This document shows positions 9,454 to 19,504 of a DNA stretch of 64,000 nt, piece by piece; the stretch's first letter is position 1; each line of letters opens with the position of its first letter. This DNA comes from Bacteroidota bacterium (GTDB lineage: Bacteria; Bacteroidota; Bacteroidia; B-17B0; Aurantibacillaceae): positions 4,177-68,176 of the forward strand of contig JAHBTI010000016.1 of NCBI GenBank assembly GCA_019638705.1, read 5' to 3'. The notes below the pieces were generated by a model. It was given only the letters and a program-made list of their open reading frames with translations. It searched no databases and had not been told where the DNA came from. The translations under genes were made by a program, and so were the position numbers.

Positions 9454-10344
9454 ATGAAACCTTACCTTACTTATAATGGCTCGTATGGCAATGATACGAT
9501 TGAACTTGAACGCGGCTTGGTAAACATCATTTTATTGCAAGATTTACTTACACAGCATAATAACAAAATTGAACCGCACGCGCACCCCAATTTGTATCAA
9601 TTGGTTGTAATTGAAGAAGGCGAGGGCGAAATAATATTGGGAGAAAAAACATATCAAATTCAAGGTCATTCTTTAGTAAGCATTCCAAAAAACACTGCAC
9701 ATTCATTTATGTTAGAAACAGACACAAATGGTTATGTTTTTAGTTTTTCTCATCATGCACTTGAAAGCCTTTTGAAAAAAGACGATAAACTATTGCGGGT
9801 GCTTGACTGCGCAAATGTAACGGATATTCAGGCAAAGCAAGAATTGCACAATACTATTTGTGATATTGTTAAAAGATGTGCAGCAGAATATGATGAAAAT
9901 TCAGAGGAACGGGGTTTGGCTCTTAAAAGTTTGAGTGAACAGTTATTTTTGGCATTACACCGACTATACAAAGATAATGGTCATATAGACAATGTTGATA
10001 TTAATGCAGAAAAAAAACTATTACAGAAGTTTGATTTACTAATTAAAGAATTTCATTCACCTCATGTCAAATTACACGAATACTGTCGCGAGCTTTCATT
10101 AACTCCAAGACGACTTAGTTATCTTTGTTATAAACATAACAACAAAAGTCCTAAACAAATAATTTTAGAACGCCTTGTGGAGTTAATTCAAAATGCTTTG
10201 TTAAACAAAAAGGAAAGCATTAAAAAAATATCATTAGATTTTCACTACAAAAATGCAAGCCATTTTGATAGGTTGTTTAAAAAAATTATAGGAATAAGCC
10301 CTCGTCAATACCGAATTGAGCATGGTATAGAAGAAATCGCATAA
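9454..10344 (+). CDS. AraC-family transcriptional regulator (cupin sensor plus HTH)
   Basis: N-terminal EPHAHPNLYQL cupin motif; C-terminal IKKISLDFHYKNASHFDRLFKKIIGISPRQYR. Confidence 0.9.
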   Translation: MKPYLTYNGSYGNDTIELERGLVNIILLQDLLTQHNNKIEPHAHPNLYQLVVIEEGEGEIILGEKTYQIQGHSLVSIPKNTAHSFMLETDTNGYVFSFSHHALESLLKKDDKLLRVLDCANVTDIQAKQELHNTICDIVKRCAAEYDENSEERGLALKSLSEQLFLALHRLYKDNGHIDNVDINAEKKLLQKFDLLIKEFHSPHVKLHEYCRELSLTPRRLSYLCYKHNNKSPKQIILERLVELIQNALLNKKESIKKISLDFHYKNASHFDRLFKKIIGISPRQYRIEHGIEEIA

Positions 10345-10373
10345 TATTGTTTTTCAATTTTTTAATAGGGTAT

Positions 10374-10411
10374 TTTGTCAATTTTGGTTATAGTTTGTCA
10401 ATTTTGGTTAT
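10374..10411 (+). promoter_or_regulatory. Perfect 18-bp direct repeat TTTGTCAATTTTGGTTAT (period 20 bp), candidate AraC operator
   Basis: Copies at 10374-10391 and 10394-10411, about 70 bp upstream of ATG 10479. Confidence 0.55.
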
Positions 10412-10478
10412 TGATTTTTCTTGACTTTTTGGTTTTTATGCCAAACATTTGCTCCCATAAATTTTACCAGCAAAGACT

Positions 10479-11903
10479 ATGGAAAAGAAAATTATTTTTA
10501 GTGCAGCATTAATAGCAATTGCTGCAATTACCGCAAACGCGCAGGAAACACAACATTGGACAACCGACCTGATGACTGTGGGGGCTGCTGACGAAGCCAA
10601 ACTTGGCACAGAAAATGAAAAACCGTTGAATTTTTACACCAAAGGAGAAAAGCGCACGGTAATTGACACCAACGGAAAATTTACACTATTAAGATATGCC
10701 AACAGTAATATTCCTGACAACTGGGGAAATCGCCGATTATATGTCAATAAATTTGGTGTTATAACCACATCTCCTCATGGAGGCGGAAACGGAGGATATA
10801 CAGAAGGTGATGTTTATTGTACTTGTGATGAGCCTTGTAATGCTATGATTAGTGGGGGTATATCTCCTACAAGTCCTTGTCTGAATAACACCCCACAAGC
10901 ATGGTTTGAAGGTGGTAATATTCTTTATACTGACCATTGTGGTGGTTCTTCAAACATTATAGGCACTTGTAACAGCTATGACTTTGTGATGAAAGCAAAC
11001 GATACAAGCGCAATTTTTCTGAAAACTGACGGAAGAGTAAACATTGGTGCAAATAATGATATAGCTAACAATGCTACAACCGCAGCACAGCTTGACATAA
11101 GCGGAAAATCAGTAAACCAAAACAGTGGACTAAGAGACCATTTAAGAATTTACGGAGATAATGACGGCAATATAGAATCTACCACAGGTATTAATTTATA
11201 CTTTGAGGGAGCAGATAACGATTTTCGCATTCATCGCGGCAACGTGGGCAGCGGCACAAGCGTATTAAGCATACTTGGAACTAATAGCGGTGGCGGTGTG
11301 TATATAAATGACTTTGTAAATGTGGCTGCTGATGCAGTTATAAGCGGTAATACAGCTATTGGCGGCGATGCAAGTGTAAACGGTAACGTGGGTATTGGTG
11401 GCGATGTGGGTATTGACGGCAATATTGATGTTATTGGCGCGGCAAGCATTGCAGGCAACTTGAATGTTAATAATAGATTTAGTGTGGCAAGCAGCACGGG
11501 TTATACCGAAATAAAAGTGTATTCCCCATTAGGAATGCCAACGCCTTACGGCGCAACCAATCCAAGAGTTTTAACCGTCAGAGATATGAATGCCAGCAAG
11601 GATTTATTTGCCGTAACATCAGCAGGCATGGTATATGCCCGTGAAGTAGAAGTTAATTTAACAACAAATTTCCCCGATTATGTATTTGATAAAGACTACA
11701 AGCTGCCGTCCATTCCCGAAATGGCAAAATACATTGAGAAACACAAACGATTGCAAGGTTTTGAAAAAGGCGAGTATTATGAGAAAAACGGCATTAACGT
11801 AAACCAAATGTTTGTGAAACAACAGGAAAAAATTGAAGAATTGACACTTTACATTATTCAGTTAGAAAAACGACTAAGCGCGTTAGAGAAAGGAAAGAAA
11901 TGA
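10479..11903 (+). CDS. Secreted spike/tail-fibre-like protein with hexapeptide beta-repeats and a C-terminal S74-chaperone-like/coiled-coil domain
   Basis: Signal peptide; GNTAIG-GDASVN-GNVGIG-GDVGID-GNIDVI-GAASIA-GNLNVN repeats; FPDYVFDKDYKL...EKIEELTLYIIQLEKRL end. Confidence 0.65.
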   Translation: MEKKIIFSAALIAIAAITANAQETQHWTTDLMTVGAADEAKLGTENEKPLNFYTKGEKRTVIDTNGKFTLLRYANSNIPDNWGNRRLYVNKFGVITTSPHGGGNGGYTEGDVYCTCDEPCNAMISGGISPTSPCLNNTPQAWFEGGNILYTDHCGGSSNIIGTCNSYDFVMKANDTSAIFLKTDGRVNIGANNDIANNATTAAQLDISGKSVNQNSGLRDHLRIYGDNDGNIESTTGINLYFEGADNDFRIHRGNVGSGTSVLSILGTNSGGGVYINDFVNVAADAVISGNTAIGGDASVNGNVGIGGDVGIDGNIDVIGAASIAGNLNVNNRFSVASSTGYTEIKVYSPLGMPTPYGATNPRVLTVRDMNASKDLFAVTSAGMVYAREVEVNLTTNFPDYVFDKDYKLPSIPEMAKYIEKHKRLQGFEKGEYYEKNGINVNQMFVKQQEKIEELTLYIIQLEKRLSALEKGKK

Positions 11904-11955
11904 GAAGTTTGATTTTAGAATTTTAAGATGACCTGAAAATAAAAAAACAAGAAAT

Positions 11956-12381
11956 ATGAAAGCACTATTTTCCATTATCGTTTTTGTACTGATGTTATTG
12001 TTTTGCAATACAACAAAAGCCCAAGAAAACAGCCTTGTGTTAAGTTATGACAACGGCGGCAACATGACACAAAGAAAAGTGCAAGTGATGTTTGGCGCAA
12101 GATTTGCCGCACCTGATATACAACAAAAAGATTCCTTACCCCCGATGAAAATATATCCAAATCCTACAAATGATTATGTAAACATTGAGGGAAAACTGCC
12201 TGAAAACGTGCGAAAAGCAGAATTACTTATCAGCACAACAGACGGGCGTATTTTGAAAACAGATGTTTATACAGGCGAAGCAAAACAAATTTCTGTTTAC
12301 AATTTAGCCAAAGGAATGTATCTGCTTGAGTTTATTTATTCCAAAAAACAGAGAGACACTTATAAAATTATTGTGAACTGA
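11956..12381 (+). CDS. Small T9SS type A sorting-domain protein
   Basis: Signal peptide, LSYDNGGNMTQR, then KIYPNPT...LAKGMYLL...TYKIIVN sorting domain. Confidence 0.8.
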   Translation: MKALFSIIVFVLMLLFCNTTKAQENSLVLSYDNGGNMTQRKVQVMFGARFAAPDIQQKDSLPPMKIYPNPTNDYVNIEGKLPENVRKAELLISTTDGRILKTDVYTGEAKQISVYNLAKGMYLLEFIYSKKQRDTYKIIVN

Positions 12382-12428
12382 ATGATAGGTTAAAAGTCAA
12401 AATTTAAAAGCAACCAAATTTTAAGAGT

Positions 12429-15400
12429 ATGGAAAAAGCATTTAGTTTTATCGCCTTGTTTTGTTTGTCTTGCCTAAATATGCAAGCGCAAAACCCGAGC
12501 AATTACACATTCCCGAACCCGACACCCAACCCGAATAATTTAACTGCCAATACTTACACAAGGGCAACGCAAAGTATTAACCTGAAAAACGGGTTTTCTT
12601 TCAACCCTGCGGCATCGCAAAACGGAAATAACCTTTTAAACTTAAACATCAACTCTTATCCAAACTATGTAAATAACAATTACACTAATCCTGCCGACAA
12701 TCAAAATTACTATTCTGTAAATCCTAATTTAGAAGTGGGTGTTACACAGGGCGCACACCAAGTGGACAACATCGGTGGATTTAATTATAATATTCCAATC
12801 GTTTGTTCGCCCGGCAGAGCAGGTTTAGAACCAAACTTGTCAGTAGTGTATAACAGCAACGGCGGCAACGGTTGGTTGGGTTTGGGCTTTAATTTAAGCG
12901 GCATTTCTGCCATTACCCGCACGGGAAAAACCGTGTTATACGACGGTTTAAACAGCGGGATTAATTTTAACAGTAATGATGTTTATGCTTTAGACGGCTC
13001 TCGCTTATTTATAAAATCAGGAACATACGGACAAAACGGCGCAACGTACAGAACAGAGGTAGAAAATTACGCCGTTATTACCTCACATGGCTCACAAGGC
13101 AGCGGAGCACAATACTTTACAGTTACCACACCCGACGGCATGACAATGGAGTATGGCAACAATGCTTCGGCAAAGAGTGTAGATGTAAATAATACCGATG
13201 TGTTGGCTTGGTACATAAACAAAGTGTATGATGTGTATGGAAATTACATGGAATATTTTTATACGAACAGCAACGGTGAATTGCTGATTACAAAAATAGA
13301 ATACACTAAGCACAGCAGTGTAAACTTATACAACAAAATAGAGTTTAATTACATAGAACGCAGCGACAATGCTCCGCTTTATGTGGCAGGCAAAGAGTTT
13401 AGGAATAAACATTTGTTACAAAGCATAGTTAGCAAAGACATAAACGGCAATGCAGTAAGAAAATATTTTTTTGAGTATCAATATCAGTACGGCAGCTTGC
13501 TGAACAAAGTAACCGAAGTGGACGCAAACGGCAATCAATTAAATCCTACGTTTTTTGAGTGGAATGATGAAACGTTGAGTTGGAACTGGAAGTTTGGAGC
13601 TGTAAGCACAGCTACTGATATTGTGCGAACTACTGCTGCCGACATAAATGGTGATGGCAAGCAAGATTTAATATTGACAAGGGATTACGGTGCAGACCAC
13701 TATGTGGAAACTAAATTAAACGTTGGGGGAAGTTTTTCTCACATCAGCGGTTTGCTGTTAAGTGCCAGTTCTGCCAGTGCAGAAATATTTGCCATATATG
13801 TTTTTGATGAAGACGATGACGGCATAGACGAAGTGTTTTACATTATGGGACAGCCCATAACCACACCCAATCATTATGAATGGGAAATTAAAAAACTTAA
13901 AAACACCAATGGCACGTTAAGCATTGTACAGGAAGAACCCTTACACACAGATACAGGTGCAGTAGTGTGTTGGGGCGGTTTATTTTGGAATTTTCAGAAA
14001 AGTGTTACTTCGGGGTGTTTTTACGCTAAGCAAGATGTAACGGGCGACAATCTGAATGATGTAATTATGTCAGACGGGTTTAATATTAAACTTACTCCGT
14101 CCAATCAACAGGCTGCCATTACTTTACCTGTTTCAAACTTAGTGAAAATTGGTTTAGGCGACTTTAACGGCGATGGAGTTTTGGATATTTATACAGTAAA
14201 ATTCCCCTCTACTCCGGTTAGCCCTTCTCAAAGCCAATTGCTTGATATTTTAGTTTATTCTTATAATGAAGCAAACAATACCTTAAACCAAATTGTATCT
14301 ACGCAGGTAAACATTGGTTCTAATCCCTATTATACAACTTGGGGAGCAATTGGTTTTGCAGCTGCCAATGCTGCTAATGCTTCCAAATGTATTGGCTTTG
14401 GCGATGTAAACGGCGATGGGAAAACCGATATATTTTATGTAAACTACAACAACGGCACAAGCACTTGTAAACTCATCTGGCTGCGCAGTAACGGCGTTGC
14501 GTTTATGACCGCTCCGCAAGATGAAATTTCATTAACCACGGCAACAACATTCAATAATCTTGAAGCCAATTTTTCTGTGGCAGATGTGAATAATGACGGC
14601 AAATCAGACATTATGGTTAGTAGTTTTGATACTGTTTATGTAGGTCATGCAAGTTATTCTTATTTTCCCTCTATTGGAACTGCCCTTGTAAACGACAATA
14701 TGCCAACTGCGCCTGTTTGGGGAAGAAGGCTAAGCACTATGGGTGATTTTGACGGCGACGGAGCTATGGATTTTGTGTTTCAAGATGACGCAACCGACAG
14801 TTATATTCTCTATCACGGTTTTGACGAAGACAACAAAAAAATGGTGAAACGCATTTTTAACATCAGAGATGAGATAAACATTACCTATAATTTTTTGCCA
14901 AGTGCAGCCAACTGCCAAAAAACAACTCCGGCGTATGGCAATAATAATTATGCCAATTTTAAAATCATTAAACCCGCCCTGTATGCGGTTTCTTCTGTGG
15001 TTGCCAACGGGCAAACCACAAGCTACGGATACAGCAACGGCATTTTGCACAGGCAAGGGCGGGGCTTTATAGGCTTTGAACGCTTGTTTGTGCGCAACGA
15101 AGATAAATCTTCGGGTGCGGAAAAAGCGGGTATGTATTCAGGCTTTGAATATAATCACATTAATGATGCCGTAACTTGGAGTGAAAGCATGAGCACCTAT
15201 TTATCAAACAGCAATATGTTTAGCATTAACCATGCTAAAACTTCAAGCTACTCTTCCTCGTTGCCAGGTTTTTCTTATGTAAACGGCAGCGGTTATCTGC
15301 GCCGCCTGAGCAGCAACCAAACCATATCAAAAAATTACCTCAGCTCCACGCATAACCTGCAAACTGTTACTTACGACCCTAACAACGCAGGTTCGCCCCT

Positions 15401-18400
15401 GCAAACGGTTTTTCAAAACCGCACATGGCTGCAATTCGGGATACTGAACAGCACACAAACAGACTATGTTTATCAAACAATTGCCGTAAACGGCAAAACC
15501 TGTTACAAACCCCAGCAGGTAACAGAACAGATAAGCGCAGGCAGCGTTTCTACGTTTATTCACACATACAGTTATGATGGGCAGGGGCGTTTAACCACAG
15601 AAGTTAAAAACTCAAACATTGCGGGGCAAGCCGTTACCACCGCCTATTCTAATTTTAACGCTTTTGGCGCACCGCAAAACATTTCGGTTTCTGCTCCCAA
15701 TGTGGCTTCGCGCAGCTCGCAGGTGCAATACGACAACACAGGGCGGTTTATAACCAAAAGCACCAATGCCATTGGCGATTTTGCAGAATTTGTGTACGAA
15801 CCGGGTTTGGGAAATAAAATTCAGGAAAAAGATGCTTCGGGTTTAATTACAAATTATAAATACGACGGACTTGGGCGAGCCATTTGGGTAAAGTTGCCAA
15901 ACGGCGCGGTAAATACGGTAAAATATGAGTGGTATCCTTATAATTCATTGTACGGCACTAAAGTAACCACCCAAGCAGAAAACGCACCAAGCACATGGAA
16001 ATACTATGACCGCAACGGCAATATGATATTGGCACAACAGCAAGATTTTGGCGGCAATACAAAAACGGCAAATTTCACCTACAATATTTTAAATCAACCG
16101 CTCACGGCGCAGGATATGCACTACAGCTCACAAAGCAATTACAACAGCATAACATACAGCTATGATGATTATATGCGCCCTTTAACAAAAACAAAAAGCA
16201 TTGTCGGACAAAACACGGTAATAAATTATTCATACAACAATTTAAGTAACAACAGCACTTACAATAAAGGCTTTGTGCAAATGAGCGCGCCTACCGCCAC
16301 AAACGGCATTACCTATTCCGTAAAACGCGAAAACAACTCGGCAGGGCAAACAGACAAAGTAATAAACACAAGCAACGGCACAACGCACAGTGCCTCTTAT
16401 AATTTTAATGAGTTTGGGCAGCCGACCTATATAAGCAACGATTATGCAGGCGCAGGGCAATACGGCATTACCATGAGCTACGATGCGCTTGGCAGGCAAA
16501 GCGGTTTAAACGACCCTAACGCGGGCAACTGCACATATCAGTACAACGCCTTTGGTGAACTGACACAGCAAATTACACCCAACGGCACATACAATATGCA
16601 ATATGATTTGCTGGGGCGTGTAACACAAAAAACAGACGGTGCAAACAACACCTACACTTACCTGTACGAAACAAGCAACAGCGGCAAAGGGCAACTGAAA
16701 CAAATTACAGGTGCAAACATGACTACCGAGTTTAAATACGATGACTTTAGCCGCCTTACCGAAAAGAAAGAAACCTTAACGGCAGACAACAAAGTTTTTA
16801 AAAGCAATTTTACTTACAACAAATACGGGCAGCTTGTAAATTACACTTACCCAAGCGGTTTTGTTACTAAAAATGAGTACGACAATATTGGCAACCTGAT
16901 AAAAATAAAAAACGGCAACACCACTATTTGGCAATTAAACACTATGGCTGCACCCGGCATAGTAAGCAATTACAAATACAACAACGGAAATTTAAGCAAC
17001 AGCATTGTTTACGATAATAAGTTAAATCTGTCGGAAATACACTATGGTAATTTGAAAACACACTGGTATGACATAGAACACAAAACCAACAACCTGCAAA
17101 CCCGTACTGTTTTTGATAACAATTATGCTAATCAGGAAATTTTTAAGTACGATGAATTTGACCGCCTTACTAAAGTGCAGTATTATAATATCAATACCAT
17201 GTACGACAAAGCTACCATGACGTATAATCAAAACGGCAACTTTAACCAAAAGAGCGATTGCGGTGATTATGTGTATGGCAACAGCAATGCTCCCTACCAA
17301 CTCACGGCAATACAAAATCCCGTAACAGCAAACATCAGTTTAAACACGCTGAATGTAACCTACAACACATTTAGAAAAGTAAGCCAAATTGTAGAGGCAG
17401 ACCCTAACGGCACTAAGCAGTTTGACTTTGTGTATGGCAACGATGAGCAGCGTGTAAAAATGGCGTACAGCGTAGGTGGCAGCACAATTTATACACGGTA
17501 TTATGCTGACGGCTGCGACAGGCAGGAAGACAATGTAAACAACACATACAAAGAGTGGACATATATTTACGCCCCAACAGGCTTATGTGCCGTGTATTAC
17601 AGCGGCACATCTCTCCCCCCTGTGGGGGGAGGCGGAGGGGGGCTTTACTACGTTGCTCCCGACCATTTGGGCAGCCCTGTAATGCTGATTAACAGCAACG
17701 GACAAATAGCAGAAGAATACAGCTTTGACGCTTGGGGGCGCAGGCGCAATCCGCAGGATTGGAACGATTATGTAAACACAGGTTTCCCCCCTTTGGGGGG
17801 TGCAGGGGGGCTTCTAATACGCGGCTACACCATGCACGAAATGCTTGATGAAGTTGGCATAATAAACATGAACGGGCGCATTTACGACCCTGTGCTTGGG
17901 CGTTTTTTGCAACCTGATAATTATGTGCAAAGCCCTGACAATTTGCAGAATTTCAATAGGTATGGGTATTGTTTAAATAATCCGCTGAAATATACTGACC
18001 CGAGTGGGGAGGTGATTGGTGTTGCAGAAATTTTGGCAGCAACAATAGGCGGAGTGATGAATGTTGCTGCAAATTGGGACGCAATAAAAAATTCCAAAAG
18101 TTCATTTGGGGCAGGAGTTGCTTACTTTGGAATAGGAGCAGTGAGCGGAGTTGTAGGTTTGTACACATTTGGAGCAGGTGGCGGCGCATTAGCTGCGCTT
18201 GGTAATGGATTAATGCAACAACAAAGTGGAGGGCAAATTGTACAAAACATGGTTGTAGGTGCTGTATCAGGTCTTACAAGCTATGGTATTGCTTCGGGGC
18301 TTGGCTCTATAAACTATGGGGGAATTACCAATAATTTTGCAAGATACGCCGCCAAAGCAGGTATAAGTTTTGGTGTAGGTTTTTCATCAGGTTTTGGTGG

Positions 18401-18977
18401 AAATTTGACGGGACAGGCATTGGCGTGGCAATTTGGCTGGCAGGATAGAATTAATGGGAAAGCAGTGCTGACGAGCGGTTTAACAGGAGGTAGTATTGCT
18501 ATGGGTATTTCTATTGGATATTCTGCTTATGATTATGCAACGTGGGATAGGTATGACCCAACTGTTCAAGCAGAAATGCTAAACAAGGATGGGTGCAATA
18601 TCGAATATATGAGTAAAGAAAAATGGGATGCCTTATCGGATGATGTTAAAGGAGGCAGGAATTACAAAACAACAGGAGGAATAACCACTGACGGTGTTTC
18701 CTACATCACCGATTATGGACTAAGCAATAGGCAATTTGCCAATTCGGTTTATTACCATGAAACCACCCATTATAATCAGATTCATGACAATCCTCCAGGA
18801 TTTATAAGTATACGCCATGATGAACAAAATGCATACTTGAGCCAAAGTTCATCGTTCAATAATTACACTCCTACTAGATACATTAAATATACCAACAACG
18901 GTTATTCAGGGAATGGTGGTAGAGGGCTCGTTTATAAGTCTAATTTTAGTAATAACCTGTTTAATATATTTAGATAA
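12429..18977 (+). CDS. RHS/YD polymorphic toxin with SpvB-like and FG-GAP (TcB-like) N-terminus and an HExxH metallopeptidase-like tip
   Basis: Signal peptide; SpvB-like GGFNYNIPI...PNLSVVYNSNGGNGWLGLG; five DxNxDGxxD repeats; YD repeats; core end GRFLQPD...NPLKYTDPSG; Gly-rich hydrophobic linker; HETTH and downstream E. Confidence 0.9.
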   Translation: MEKAFSFIALFCLSCLNMQAQNPSNYTFPNPTPNPNNLTANTYTRATQSINLKNGFSFNPAASQNGNNLLNLNINSYPNYVNNNYTNPADNQNYYSVNPNLEVGVTQGAHQVDNIGGFNYNIPIVCSPGRAGLEPNLSVVYNSNGGNGWLGLGFNLSGISAITRTGKTVLYDGLNSGINFNSNDVYALDGSRLFIKSGTYGQNGATYRTEVENYAVITSHGSQGSGAQYFTVTTPDGMTMEYGNNASAKSVDVNNTDVLAWYINKVYDVYGNYMEYFYTNSNGELLITKIEYTKHSSVNLYNKIEFNYIERSDNAPLYVAGKEFRNKHLLQSIVSKDINGNAVRKYFFEYQYQYGSLLNKVTEVDANGNQLNPTFFEWNDETLSWNWKFGAVSTATDIVRTTAADINGDGKQDLILTRDYGADHYVETKLNVGGSFSHISGLLLSASSASAEIFAIYVFDEDDDGIDEVFYIMGQPITTPNHYEWEIKKLKNTNGTLSIVQEEPLHTDTGAVVCWGGLFWNFQKSVTSGCFYAKQDVTGDNLNDVIMSDGFNIKLTPSNQQAAITLPVSNLVKIGLGDFNGDGVLDIYTVKFPSTPVSPSQSQLLDILVYSYNEANNTLNQIVSTQVNIGSNPYYTTWGAIGFAAANAANASKCIGFGDVNGDGKTDIFYVNYNNGTSTCKLIWLRSNGVAFMTAPQDEISLTTATTFNNLEANFSVADVNNDGKSDIMVSSFDTVYVGHASYSYFPSIGTALVNDNMPTAPVWGRRLSTMGDFDGDGAMDFVFQDDATDSYILYHGFDEDNKKMVKRIFNIRDEINITYNFLPSAANCQKTTPAYGNNNYANFKIIKPALYAVSSVVANGQTTSYGYSNGILHRQGRGFIGFERLFVRNEDKSSGAEKAGMYSGFEYNHINDAVTWSESMSTYLSNSNMFSINHAKTSSYSSSLPGFSYVNGSGYLRRLSSNQTISKNYLSSTHNLQTVTYDPNNAGSPLQTVFQNRTWLQFGILNSTQTDYVYQTIAVNGKTCYKPQQVTEQISAGSVSTFIHTYSYDGQGRLTTEVKNSNIAGQAVTTAYSNFNAFGAPQNISVSAPNVASRSSQVQYDNTGRFITKSTNAIGDFAEFVYEPGLGNKIQEKDASGLITNYKYDGLGRAIWVKLPNGAVNTVKYEWYPYNSLYGTKVTTQAENAPSTWKYYDRNGNMILAQQQDFGGNTKTANFTYNILNQPLTAQDMHYSSQSNYNSITYSYDDYMRPLTKTKSIVGQNTVINYSYNNLSNNSTYNKGFVQMSAPTATNGITYSVKRENNSAGQTDKVINTSNGTTHSASYNFNEFGQPTYISNDYAGAGQYGITMSYDALGRQSGLNDPNAGNCTYQYNAFGELTQQITPNGTYNMQYDLLGRVTQKTDGANNTYTYLYETSNSGKGQLKQITGANMTTEFKYDDFSRLTEKKETLTADNKVFKSNFTYNKYGQLVNYTYPSGFVTKNEYDNIGNLIKIKNGNTTIWQLNTMAAPGIVSNYKYNNGNLSNSIVYDNKLNLSEIHYGNLKTHWYDIEHKTNNLQTRTVFDNNYANQEIFKYDEFDRLTKVQYYNINTMYDKATMTYNQNGNFNQKSDCGDYVYGNSNAPYQLTAIQNPVTANISLNTLNVTYNTFRKVSQIVEADPNGTKQFDFVYGNDEQRVKMAYSVGGSTIYTRYYADGCDRQEDNVNNTYKEWTYIYAPTGLCAVYYSGTSLPPVGGGGGGLYYVAPDHLGSPVMLINSNGQIAEEYSFDAWGRRRNPQDWNDYVNTGFPPLGGAGGLLIRGYTMHEMLDEVGIINMNGRIYDPVLGRFLQPDNYVQSPDNLQNFNRYGYCLNNPLKYTDPSGEVIGVAEILAATIGGVMNVAANWDAIKNSKSSFGAGVAYFGIGAVSGVVGLYTFGAGGGALAALGNGLMQQQSGGQIVQNMVVGAVSGLTSYGIASGLGSINYGGITNNFARYAAKAGISFGVGFSSGFGGNLTGQALAWQFGWQDRINGKAVLTSGLTGGSIAMGISIGYSAYDYATWDRYDPTVQAEMLNKDGCNIEYMSKEKWDALSDDVKGGRNYKTTGGITTDGVSYITDYGLSNRQFANSVYYHETTHYNQIHDNPPGFISIRHDEQNAYLSQSSSFNNYTPTRYIKYTNNGYSGNGGRGLVYKSNFSNNLFNIFR
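17613..17642 (+). repeat. GC-rich palindromic element in frame inside the RHS gene (encodes LPPVGGGGGG)
   Basis: CTCCCCCC-TGT-GGGGGGAG followed by a G run. Confidence 0.6.
17783..17811 (+). repeat. Second GC-rich palindromic element in frame inside the RHS gene (encodes FPPLGGAGG)
   Basis: CCCCCC-TTT-GGGGGG-TGCA-GGGGGGC. Confidence 0.6.
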
Positions 18978-18982
18978 AAAAG

Positions 18983-19498
18983 ATGGTAAGAATTTGCACC
19001 TATACTATACTATTTATTAATATATTCATTAATAATTTATTTGCACAAATATCGCTTAAACTAGATACTTATACAATTGAATACGACAAGGATAATGTTG
19101 CGACGGGTGTTCAGATAATTTATCAATCCATAGTGGAAAAAGATACAGTACTAAAACTATATTTAACAAAGGAAGAGTTAATTGAGTTTAAAAGCGATAA
19201 AAAAATTCGAAGCGAAAGTTTATTTGATATAATTACAGTCAATGTAGTTCCATTTACCAAAAACAACATTCAAAGTATTATTATGCGACCAGCATATGTA
19301 ATGACTAAATTGAATAAAGAAAGGGTTAAATTGAATAAAGGAGAATTCTTCAAAGTAGTTTTAACTATTTCATTGAGAAGTTTTCAAAATGGAATAAATA
19401 AAGAGTTTGTTTCGCCAAATGAAATCAAGAGCCTTAACATAGAAATACTTAACAACAACAAGAGGGTTATGGATAAAAACTATATAAATATCCATTGA
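18983..19498 (+). CDS. Putative cognate immunity protein of the RHS toxin
   Basis: Starts 5 bp after the toxin stop, AT-rich, signal-peptide-like N-terminus; function inferred from position. Confidence 0.6.
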   Translation: MVRICTYTILFINIFINNLFAQISLKLDTYTIEYDKDNVATGVQIIYQSIVEKDTVLKLYLTKEELIEFKSDKKIRSESLFDIITVNVVPFTKNNIQSIIMRPAYVMTKLNKERVKLNKGEFFKVVLTISLRSFQNGINKEFVSPNEIKSLNIEILNNNKRVMDKNYINIH

Positions 19499-19504
19499 GC
19501 GAAG

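Noticed and set aside
10479-11903. Tail-fibre-like gene as evidence of a prophage
   Set aside because: It has a signal peptide, sits in a T9SS/RHS operon, and no terminase, portal, capsid or lysis genes are in the element.
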